From contig OZ024746.1 of NCBI GenBank assembly GCA_964016885.1, forward strand, positions 25,916,001-25,980,000: a DNA stretch of 64,000 nt, read 5' to 3'. Source of the DNA: Eledone cirrhosa. Lineage: Eukaryota. The stretch's first letter is position 1. Every line of letters begins with the position of its first letter. The position numbers were made by a program, and so were the translations under genes. The notes below the pieces were generated by a model. That model saw only the letters and a program-made list of their open reading frames with translations, searched no databases and was not told where the DNA came from. Positions 25,790 through 37,343 of this stretch are shown here, in pieces.

Positions 25790-26400
25790 ATATTCAGTCT
25801 ATTGTATATATAAGTGGTTTTACAATACTGCATATAGCTGTCTATGTACAATACTGTATATAGCTGAGTATATATGATACTGTATATATAGTAGTGTATA
25901 AAGACTACTGTATATATAATAGTGTATACAGACAGACTACTGTATATAGTTGAATATATACAATACTGTACTTAGCTGAGAACATACAATACCGTATATA
26001 TATTTATTGGTAATTATACAGTACTGTGTATAGGCTATTGTATATAGCTATGTATATACTGTACTGTATATATGCAATACTATATATAGCTGTGCATATA
26101 GTCTATTATATATATAAATATGTATACACTGTACTGTATTTAGCTGTATATATAAACTACTGTATATAGCTGTATATAAACAGTATTGTATATAGTTACG
26201 TATATAAACTGCTATATATAACTGTGTATATACTGTACTGTAATTAACTGTATATATAAACTGCTATATATAACTGTGTATATACTGTACTGTAATTAAC
26301 TGTATATATAAACTGCTATATATAACTGTGTATATACTGTACTGTAATTAACTGTATATATAAACTGCTATATATAACTGTATATACAGTAATGTATTCA
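25790..26400. repeat. Degenerate TA-rich minisatellite, near-perfect units at the 3' end
   Basis: ACTGTATATAGCTG-type motifs; a longer unit is repeated almost exactly three times at 26200-26385. Confidence 0.75.
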
Positions 26401-26452
26401 CCAGTGTATATTGAATATATTTTGAACAAAACTGAAATGAAATTTAAAGCTC

Positions 26453-26755
26453 ACACCTATGTAGGATTAGTTGATCCCCTAGGTTTCTTGGATGTTTTAA
26501 TGATAGGGGCTCTTGTCATATCAAGTTGATGTTGTTCCAGATCACACCTATGTAGGTTTAGCTGGCCTTTTATGAGGTTGTATCTCATAGGAGGTTTCCT
26601 AGGTATTTCAGTAATACACCCAATCATGAAAAGCAGCATGAAATGAAGTGAAATGTCTTGTTCAAGAAGACAATGCTCAGTCTGGTCTACAACTTGAAAC
26701 AAAGACTTTGACTGTGAGTCCAATACTGTAACCACGAGGTCACACATCTTCACAC
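26453..26755 (-). mobile_element. tRNA-head SINE with a distinct internally repeated tail (second copy ~39915-40335)
   Basis: CACACCTATGTAG.TTTAGCTGGCCTT.TATGAGGTTGT.TCT repeats lie next to a GTCTTG.TCAAG...TAACCAC SINE head in both copies. Confidence 0.6.
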
Positions 26756-26961
26756 CAGAATAAGTTCTAGTATGTTCCAGAACCTCTGGATATATTATTC
26801 GCAGTAGACTGGTGCCATGTTCTTGGAGAAGATTTATGTCTTATGTTCTGTTTAACACCATCAACTGGAACAATTCTTGACTTCTTACAGACTCTGCTAG
26901 GCTTCACAGGCAGTAAATTATGTGTTACATACATATGTGTCTGTGTGTGTGTGTGTGCATG

Positions 26962-27000
<39 letters not shown>

Positions 27001-28151
27001 GTTTTTTTGTATGTATGTATGTGTGTAAAAAATAAGAACGTATACATATATGTGTGTGTATATATGTACATGTGTGAATATGTATGTATGTATGTGTGTA
27101 TGTGTGCATATATGTGTGTGTATATATGTACATGTGTGTATATATGTACATGTGTGAATATGTATGTATGTATGTATGTGTGCAAGAATAATAATGCTCA
27201 GATATATATTTACATACCTTATAAGCTGATGGTAGGATGAGATCCAAAAAGGATTGAATGAAGGGAACAGAAACCTCTCTAGTTTGAATACCACGATGAA
27301 ATGCACCCAGTACACTCTGCACAGTAGTTGGAGATAGGAAGGACATCCAACCATAGAAAAGTTACAAAACAAAAGTTAGTGATGGTTCTTTAGAATGTCA
27401 AAGACATGATGCCTTCCCTTGTGTTGTTACCACAAATAAAATGCCCCAGGTATTCTCTGTAGAGACGGGACATATGTAAGTGATATGTGCCAACCAGCCC
27501 CACCTCCTATCTGAGAGGTCAGTAGATCCACTTGAGTACTGACTTGGTCTGTGATGACACGCCTAACCCTGGCAAAAAAAGGACATTAAATGAAAATGAT
27601 GGTGTGTGTGTGTATGCACACAAGAATAAGTATAGCTTTTCGCCACCCCCAAAAGCCCAGGTATCCATAGTTACAGCTGTTATAGTAAATTATTTCTAAT
27701 GAATCCAAAGTAGCAACCACCCAGCATGCCATACCACTCATCACACCATCCACCACACCATACTACCCACTCACCTACCCAACACACCATCTACCTATCT
27801 ACCATACCACCCAGCAACACTAACTATAGCAATATTAAATGTAACTCCCCAGTGTGACATGTCTGTACATTTGTAAATGTTGACATAATATTGATAATAA
27901 TTATATTACCGATTCCATCTTGATTTGGGAATTATTTCACACACTTCAAATATCTTATTGAATTATTCACAAATCTGTTACATTTTTTCTCTTCCCCACT
28001 TTTCTATTTTTTCTCTTCCCCCACTTTTCTATTTTTTCTTAAGAAATTCATTTTTTTATTCTATCTTTCCTCGGCGCTTTCTCTTCAATAGCTTTTATTT
28101 CAATAATTTGTATAACTAATTTAATAAATTCATGATTCTAAATTTGGTTAA

Positions 28152-28547
28152 CTCTTTTTATACCAAACTGCCTGAAACCACTCCTGCTTCTATGATACAA
28201 AACTTTGTTTAAAAACGTTTATCTAAAAACCTTCCATGATCATTTTATGTAAAACCCTTTCTGTCATGTTTCAAACATGCAACACAAATTTAATAAGGCG
28301 GAAGTTAGTTATAGTTTTAAATTCCTCCAAATACTTGATTATTTTCTTGTTAAATGTTTTAATGTAAGGGTTAAAATGTTTATATCTATAAAAAACTTTC
28401 CAACATAACTTTATGTAAGAACCTTTATGTTTCAAATACCAATTTAATAATGAGAAAGTTAGTTATTACTAAATATTACTAAATCCCTCAAAATTATTTG
28501 AAAATTACACACAGTGTCTTTCAATAAAAATATAGTCATAAAAAGGG
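28152..28547. mobile_element. piggyBac-like MITE family 2 (other copies or fragments ~6004-6740, 30612-31195, 39385-39815, 54580-54725, 56585-57355, 57696-57947)
   Basis: TTAA-CTCTTTT...AAAAGGG-TTAA termini. Shared internal motifs: ACCAAAC..CCTGAAAC..GGTTCTATGAT and TAATAATGAGAAAGTTAG. Confidence 0.7.
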
Positions 28548-29940
28548 TTAACTGAAAACAATTTTCAAATAAAGCTCTCTGTAAATGTAATTGGCATTAG
28601 GAAGAGCATCCAGCCATAGAAATCAAGCCAGAAACAGTTCTGTGTGAACAAGATACAGTCATCTGACCTGACTTGTCTCACAACAGGGGACAACTCAACT
28701 AATCCATGCTAGTGTGGAAAAATGGATGTTAAATGATGATGATAATGTACTGACAACATTTTTACTGAAAATATGATTTGTTAACTACACATTCACTATT
28801 ATAGGTTGTGAATTGTTGTTATCAGAACATTGGACATTTACTCCAGCTCTCTACATTCTTAGCTCAAATCCTGCTGAAATAAACTTTAATTTTTTTGTTT
28901 GAAGGTTGAAATATAATACCCTTTCAAGAAGGTGGATTGGTGGAATTGTTAGTGTAAAATGTGATGTATTGGAGTAGTTTGTCCTGACTCTTTGCATTCT
29001 CAGTTAAAATCCCTACTTGGATGTGGACATAATCTGTTGCCCAGTTTAACACTACAGCACCACCACCTATTTCTTGGGGGATGCAGAAAAGTTCACACTA
29101 TTGTAAGCATTCAAATATGGTCTCCAATTTGTGAATACCTCCCTCCCACCCAACCAGCCTTAGGGGATCTGAAAGGCCTAAGATGCACTACCCTTCTTAC
29201 CCTGATTAAACAGTAACAAACATTTTAGAATAAATCAAGCTTTATTTGCTTACAATTCATCTGAAACTGTATAATTCAGATACCATGTGTTAGATGAATT
29301 GCGGTAGATGATGGGCTAATGATAGATGTGAAGAGAAATGGAATGAGATGACTGGATCATGTGTTGAGGATGGATGAAAGTAATTGGGTGATAGGAATAG
29401 AGCCAGTGATGAATCTGAAGAGATATGAAATGAGATGACTGGGTTATGTGTTGTAGAAGAGTGATAGTGACGGGATGAGAGGAGTAGAGCCGGTGATGAA
29501 TCTGAAATGAAATGAAATGAGATGGGTGGGACAAGTGTTGAGGAAGGATGAAAGTGACTGGGTGAGAAGTGTTGGAAATAGATATGGAAGAAAGTAGCAG
29601 AAGAGGAAGACCATGTAAGATATGGTCATAACTAGTGGAAGAGGAAATTAAAGCCAGTGTATTAGTGGTGGGGTATACAGATGAAAGGGCAAAATAAAGA
29701 AGCTTTCATGGGACCTGCAGGGAAAATGGTCATGACAAAATTTGACAAAATTCAAACTGTTTTTAGAAGCCATCATAGGAAATTTTGATAAATTTATTTT
29801 TTCAAATATTGGCCCAGGCATGGTTTCAGGTTTACCCACACTCCTTGGGTAGGTGTCTTCTACTTTAGCCCCATGTTGACCAATGTGAAATTTGGTATGG
29901 AACCTGCAGATGTCCATTATGTTTGTATATATATATATAC

Positions 29941-29987
<47 letters not shown>

Positions 29988-32900
29988 GTAGCTATATTTA
30001 ATATATATATATATATGCATTTACCTCAACAGTTTATATTCCATAACCTAGCAGATCAACAAAAAGAGATAGATAAAATATGTATGAGGCTTGAAAAAAT
30101 AACTATTTGGATTGATATGATCAACTAAAATCTCAAATATAGATGCAGTCTAATGACTGCAAGTAAAATAATAAAAGTAGCTATATTTAATAAATATAGT
30201 TACATTTCATAAATATAGCTACATTTAATAATAAGATTCTTCAATGTTTATAAGAAATGGTGAGAAGTGATAAACAATATTAAAATTATCTGAAAATAAT
30301 TTTCATGCATATGGCCGATAGCTAAAGTCACTTTGAAGATTTATTTAATTATTATATGTAAAAAGACAAATGAGAGGAATAACTATGATGTTTGTGTTTG
30401 GTTCATCATCATCAGTTTACAATCTTTCTCTGCTGGTATGGGTTGATATGTTCCTTTGGCATAGTTTTTATTGCTGGATGCCATCCTAACAAGTTACCAC
30501 TTTAGCGAGTGTACTAGATGCATTTTATCGTGGTACCAGCACCACAACTTTACAGAATGTAATAGGTGTATTTTATCATGGCAGTAGTACTACCACTTTA
30601 CAGTGTGCACTGGTTAACAAAACGTTGTTATGTCAAATTATGTTGGAAAATTATAATTTAATCCTTTAGCATTTAAACCATGGCCAGAACTCTCTTACCT
30701 CTTTCTGTTCAAATTGGCTGGCTGTAACCGGCTGCTCATACCTACATTAATGTATTATTCTCAAAATAAATAACATTGAAATCTCATAGATGCGATATTA
30801 TGTGAGATAATTATGTAAGAAAATACAATAGTAAATATAGAGTAATGTAAATGCTAAAGGGATAAATAGGATAATTTTAAAATCAGTGGTTTTCTTTCTG
30901 GAACCAGAGCCAGTTTTGAGTGGGTTTGATATCAAAATGGTTAATGAAGAGTTTTGGAGAATTCACTTAAATTATTAAGTTGGTATATAATATATTGTTC
31001 TTATATCAAATTATGTTGGAAATTTTTAAATTTAAATAGGAACCCTTTAAAAATAGATAATTCTGTTTCATAGAACTAGAAGTGATATGAGACAGGATGG
31101 TATTAAAAGGCTCAAATAGGAACCTTTTAAAATAGGTGGTTATTTTTCATAGAACTAAAGATAGTTTAGGGCCATTTGGTATTTGTAAGGTTAAACTTTA
31201 CAGAAAATCAATCAATAATTTTGTTATATATTCAATCAGATAACAACTTATTGAAAGACAATATCTTATTCTGGTATATTTTAGTTTTATTCCAATTCCT
31301 TAAATTTTACCAGTTTCTTAGATCCACTGCAAACCTAATGATTTCTTCTTTGATCTCAATTGATCTCATCAATGATGATAATCAATATTGGCTTATTGTT
31401 TGCTTTCAGATTGATTTTTTTTCTACATGTTACCTTTCTACATGGTTCTTTGATTTGAAAATAGGTGTGTTGTGTATGTATTGTTGGAGCTGTGTATGAG
31501 CATGTGCATGTGTGAGAGCATGTGTAAGAGCTTGTGTGAGCATGTTTGTAAAGACTTGTCAGTGTGTGTGTACGAGAGAGTGTAGGGGAGTGTATGTGAA
31601 CATATGTGTATGTGTAAGCATGTGTGAATATGAATATGTGAGTGTGTATGCCTGTGTCTGAGTGTATTGATGTGCGTGTGAGCAAGTGCATATGTATATA
31701 TCTGTGCAAATGTGTGTGTGTGTGAATATGTCTGTGTGTGTGTGTATCTTATACTGATAATTAAACTGAAATGCCTCAGTTATTGTAAAGACCATTAACA
31801 AATTGTCTGCCATAAATGTGTATCAAATAAGAAAATGGATAGTTTATGTATTAAAATGAAATCAAAATTTGAGACAATTTCTTTCTAAATGAAGTTTTGG
31901 AGTCTTGAACAAGCTGGTAATTTTGTCTATTATGGTTCAACTGGTACTTATAACTACCCTGCTTCAGCTGGTGCCTTTATTGTTCTAGCACTTGGCAACA
32001 TTTCTAGTGATGGTATTATGATATAATGTGCCCCTACACTCTGATAAGTGGTAGCACTGGTAACATCATGAAATACACTCAGTACATTCTATTAAGTGTT
32101 AGTGCTGATACTATAATGAAATACACTCAGTTCACTCTGTAAAGTGGTTGTACTGGTACCATGATAAAGTGCACCAAGTACACTCAATAGAATGGTAGTG
32201 CAAATACCATAATTAAATGTACGAAATACACTTTGTAATGTAGAGCTGGTACCATGATAAAATACATCCACTACAGTCTGTAAAGTGGTAGTGTTGGTTT
32301 CACACTAAAATGCATCCAGTTCACTCTGTAAAAGGGTAGTGCTGGTGCCATGCTAAAATGCCCTCAGTATGCTCCATATAAAGCTGTAGTGTTTGTGCCA
32401 CAATAAAATGCACCCGGTACACCCTGGAAATTGGTTGGTGTTTGGAAGGGCATCCAGTTGAAAAAAAACCATACAAAATATGGAACATAACGGCAAGATG
32501 AGGTCTCTCCATACCATCTTGTTAGACGGTGACAACCTGTTGAACCCATGGAAGCATGGAAATTGGGCATAAAATGATGATGATGATGATGATGAAAAGA
32601 AGAATGAGCACAAAAAAAAAAAAAAACTGAAATCGACTGAATTAGTGGGCCAGAATTTTGGGTTCTCATATCCGGCACCTTTGCTTATCCCAGGATCCCA
32701 GAAAATTCCAGGATGTAATAAATTATCTCTTCTTCTTTATCCACTTATTCCTGGGAGGTTCATGGGGGGGATGAGTCCTCAAGCATGCCTACCAGCATGT
32801 CCTGTTATAAGTAACTATCTCCAATTGATCTGGCTGGATCCTCAAGCAAGTCTAGCTGAGTTCAGGGATGTTACCTTATCATCTTGCCTGGGTTCTACTT

Positions 32901-33581
32901 TTACACTGTTATGCTGATGTTTCCTGAGAAATACATTAAAGACAAACATGCTTGTGTGGAATACTCAGCCACTTACATGTTAATTTCATGAGCAGGCTGT
33001 TCCTTTGGTCAAGCAACTGGAATACTCATCGTTGAAACTGACAGAAGTCCAACATTCACACATTAACATCTGTGTGGAATTGTAGGTATATTATGTTTAA
33101 TGAATCTTGAAACTGTCAGAGTAATTATGTTTATTTTTAGATGAATATCTTCAATCAACTGAACATAACTTTCCTTTTTACTCATTATATCTCAATTAAA
33201 TTAGGTTATTGTGTCTGTTGGCATTGTAAGGTGAACACAGCATGCCTAAATGGTTAAGAGACTCACTTTGCAATCATAAAGTCCCACGTTCAACTCCACT
33301 GCCTGGATTATTGAGCGAGTGTCATTTACCATAGCCATAGACTGACCCAAGCCTTGTGAGTGAAACCAGGTTGACAGAAACTGTATGGAAGTGTTTTGGT
33401 TGGACTGTACCTGTAATTCAAAGGGCTAGCTTTGTCTTGTCACACATTATGTCACACTGTATAGAACAAGTTAGAGAAATGTTAGGGCTATTAAATGAGA
33501 TGTCCTAAGAAAACTGAGCAACCCTGTGTGTATATATATGTATATGTATGTGTGTGTGTATGTATGTGTATATATGTATAT

Positions 33582-35053
33582 CAGGGCTCTGTTCTCAGCC
33601 CCCTACTATTTATTATTGCCCTTCAGGCTATAACAGAGGAGTTCAAGACAGGCTGCCCATGGGAACTCCTATACGCAGACGACCTGACACTCATAGCGGA
33701 ATCAATGGCCGAGCTAGAGAAGAAATTCCAAACATGGAAGCACGGCCTAGAGTCAAAAGGACTTAAAATTAACCTGGCTAAGACCAAAGTTCTAGTTTGT
33801 AGGAAAGAAAACAAGGCGGCGGTCCCTTCTGGGAAATGGTCGTGCTCGGTGTGTAGGAAAGGCGTAGGTAGAAACTCCATTTTATGTCCTAAATGCAAAG
33901 TATGGGTGCATGAAAGATGTAGTGGGATCACAGGTAAGCTAACTAAGAACATAGTTTTTACATGTGGCCGGTGTTCTGGTGCAATAAGTAGCAGCAAGTG
34001 CCCACAAAATACTAGCTCTTTCAATTGCGCAGAGGGTTCTATAGAAATAGTGGACAGCTTCCGTTACCTGGGCGATAAAATCAGCAGTGGGGGAGGGTGC
34101 TCTGAAAGTACTGTAGCTAGAGTCAGAACTGGTTGGAAAAAGTTCAGAGAGCTTATACCACTATTAGCTGCTAAAGGGTTCTCCCTAAAAATGAAAGGCA
34201 GGTTGTACGATGCCTGCATACGAACAGCAATGTTGCATGGCAGTGAGACCTGGGCATTGTGTGCAGAGGATATACGCAGACTAGAGAGGAACGAAGCTTG
34301 CATGCTCCGCTGGATGTGTAACAGTAATATACGTGAACGGCAAAGCAGAAACGAACTAAGGAAAAAATTAGAGATAAGAGGGATCAGATGTTGTTTACTC
34401 GAGAGAAGGCTACGTTGGTATGGACACGTGATGCGCATGAAAGTCGATAGCTGTATAACAAAGTGCAGGGCAATAAAGATAGACGGTAGTCACGGAATAG
34501 GCAGACCTAGAAAAACCTGGGACGAGCTGATAAACTCCGACATCACACACTTACACCTCTCCAAGACAATGTCACTGGACCGAGACCTTTGGCGGTACTC
34601 AGTAACAGAGAAGACCCGCCTTACCTAAATATATATAGTAAAACCTACTCACGCCAGTAGGCATCTCTAACAAAATACACCCCGTCCCACCCCCACCACC
34701 CCCACCCCATCCACACCACCCCGTTCTATGTAAAGTTATGTTGGTGCCGCGCCATCCAGGCCGAAACAAATGAGATCGTGTAGGCCGAAACAAATGAGAT
34801 TGTGTAGGTGTCACGACAAAAAAACACACAGTCCACCCTGTAATGTGGCCGTGTAGGCAACACGGTAAAAACCTCCCAGACCCACACTGTAAATGTGGTT
34901 GGTGTTAGGAAGGGCATCCAACTGTAGAAAACCTGCCAGACAGTCCTATGCGAGCAAGACAATCACTCTTGCCTCAAGTGGGACTACCCCCGTCCAAACC
35001 CATGCAAGCGTGGAACACGGACGTTAAACGTTGATGATGATGATGATGATGAT
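33582..35053 (+). mobile_element. RTE LINE subfamily A, 5'-truncated at RT motif 4
   Basis: Uninterrupted frame QGSVLSPLLF...LLYADDL...GLKINLAKTK-[PHD-like finger]-FRYLG...stop 34628. Single-module 3'UTR, (GAT)n tail, TA/TG microsatellite flanks. Confidence 0.95.
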
Positions 35054-35068
35054 ATATATATATATATA

Positions 35069-35472
35069 TCATCATTTTACATCCGCTCTTCCACGCTAGC
35101 ATGGGTTAGACGGGTTGTCCTGTTGTGGGCAGTGTCCAGTCGGCTGACCTTGTCTTGCTCATACAGGAACTGATTCTGGCTTGATTTTTACAGCTGGATG
35201 GATGCCCTTGATAAAACCAACCTCATTTACAGTGAGTGCTGGGTGCTTTTTTTCCGTGGCGTCTACACGCCCACTTTACAGTGTGGGCTGGGTGCTTTTT
35301 TGCTGTGGCACCTCCATGACCACTTTGCAGTGGGAGGGTGTGGGGGGCATATTGTCTATATGCTTCAGCTTCGGCTTGTGCCTGTGGGAAGTTGGGTCTT
35401 CTGTATTACTGCGTGGTGCCAGAGGTCACGGTTGTGTGTCATCGCTCTTGAGAGGTGCAATTGGGTAAGGTC

Positions 35473-35475
<3 letters not shown>
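35069..35475 (-). mobile_element. RTE subfamily B 3' end (long-tail variant, antisense)
   Basis: Minus strand reads DLTQLHLSRAMTHNRDLWHHAVIQ...GTS, followed by a 3'UTR matching 11341-11665. Confidence 0.85.
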
Positions 35476-35525
<50 letters not shown>

Positions 35526-35860
35526 ATATGTATGTGTGTGTGTGTGTGTAGAAAGTGATCAAGTTTCAGTTCAACATTTTATTTGTGATCATGTGTAAAA
35601 AGTGTTTTTCAAATGACCACTTTAGAGTTTTAATCAGTTACAATCAGCTTGACTCTAGGATGGATTTGCTTATCAAATGTAATAAAGATTAGACTCAGAA
35701 ATGAACTTGGGCCAGAATTAGGGGTTTTTCATATCTGGTACGTTTGCTTATCCCAGGATCCCAGAAAATTCTAGGATGTAATAAATTATCTCTTCTTCTT
35801 TATCCAGAGGTCACGGTTGTGTGTCATCGCCTTTGAGAGGTGCAATTAAGAATATATGTA

Positions 35861-36200
35861 TCATCATCATCATCAGTTCATTTTACGTCCGCTTTTCCTT
35901 GCTTGCAAGGGTGGGACGGGAACTGATTCTGGCTTGATTTCTACAGCTGGATGCCCTTCCTAACACCAACCTCATTTACAGTGAGTGCTGGGTGTTTCTT
36001 TTGCTGTGGCACCTCCACAATCACTCTGCAGTGGAATGATATGGACCCCTGTCCCTATCATCTCATTTCTACAGCTGAGTAAACTGGAGCAATGTGAAAT
36101 AAAGGGTCTTGCTCAAGGAAACAACACATCACCCGGTCGAGAATTGAACTCACAACCTTTCGATTGCAAGGCCAATGCTCTAACCACTAAGCCATGTGTC
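35861..36200 (-). mobile_element. tRNA-derived SINE with RTE-B tail (second full-length copy)
   Basis: Nearly identical to 11942-12291. Confidence 0.85.
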
Positions 36201-36467
36201 TATATATATATATATGTATATGTATATATATATATGTAGGTAAAGGTATGTTATTCTCCACTTTTTCAATTTTATATATATATGTATATATATATAACTT
36301 TGATAACTTTTGGCCAGTATTGGCCCAGGCCATGTCTAACTTAATAGCACCACCTGGCAAAGTCTTACACATCAGTGTTTGGGCACCATGGCCCACTCGA
36401 GCAGAGAGTTATTGTTTACAGAGGCTTATCCAGGATTTCTTGAAGGAATTTATCCAATGACTTCTTG

Positions 36468-36517
<50 letters not shown>

Positions 36518-36614
36518 GTATATATGTATATATATATATATATGTATATATGTATATATATATGTATATATGTATGTATGTATATATATATATATACATA
36601 CATATATATACATA

Positions 36615-37226
36615 GGTCAGGTCACCAGTTGGTGCTACTGGTAACATGTATCCCAGTACAACCTGTCTCATGGTCGGGTCATTGGCGACTAAACTGGCAA
36701 CCCCACCAAGGTTTCTTGGTGAGGAGGGTGACTTTGGACATCCTGCAGGACTAAAAACAAAACCTGTCAAAGGGCAAAGGAGCCCTTAAGAGTCAATGGC
36801 CATCCAAAATCACCGGGAGAGATGACCCCTTAGCCTTTGTCAAGGCAGAATTCTAGGAGAAGGAAAACTCTGATATAACACCTGCAACCCTGATGGTATC
36901 CAATGATGTTGACTTGTTCTTCTTTTTGGTAAATATCATCTTGGTTAAGAGAGTGGGACTGGCTTTGTGCAGTGCCTTTGCTCACTATAAAAGCTTCACG
37001 GCACAGGCATTGCTTTATATCTGGAGATCTCTCTGCACTTGTCATCACATGGTACCAAGGGCCCAGCACTATGTGTCAATAATTGTCACAAGTGTAGTGT
37101 TTGTACCAGAGTTTTCAAGTCGCTGGCTGGACTAAAAAGTCACACTCATTCAGCGCATCGGTAGGAGTTCTCCTACATGGATATAAAGTAGTGGCCGTAC
37201 TCGAAAACGAGTTGGCAGCCACCATG
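36615..37226 (+). mobile_element. Bipartite non-autonomous RTE derivative (5'UTR fused to 3' end)
   Basis: Contains CTAGGAGAAGGAAAACTCTGA (36853-36873), recalled as an RTE 5'-region motif. A C2H2 finger [22 protein letters not shown] ends at stop 37164, followed by the hairpin ACTCG-AAAA-CGAGT (37199-37212). (TA)n on both sides. Confidence 0.65.
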
Positions 37227-37245
37227 TATATATATATATAAATGT

Positions 37246-37285
<40 letters not shown>

Positions 37286-37343
37286 GTATATATATATATA
37301 TATGTATGTATGTACATATATATATGTATGTATATATATGTAT

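Noticed and set aside
37081-37164. Exon of a host C2H2 zinc-finger gene
   Set aside because: A single finger without TGEKP linkers, followed by a stop and a retro-type hairpin tail between TA tracts; better explained as an RTE ORF C-terminus.
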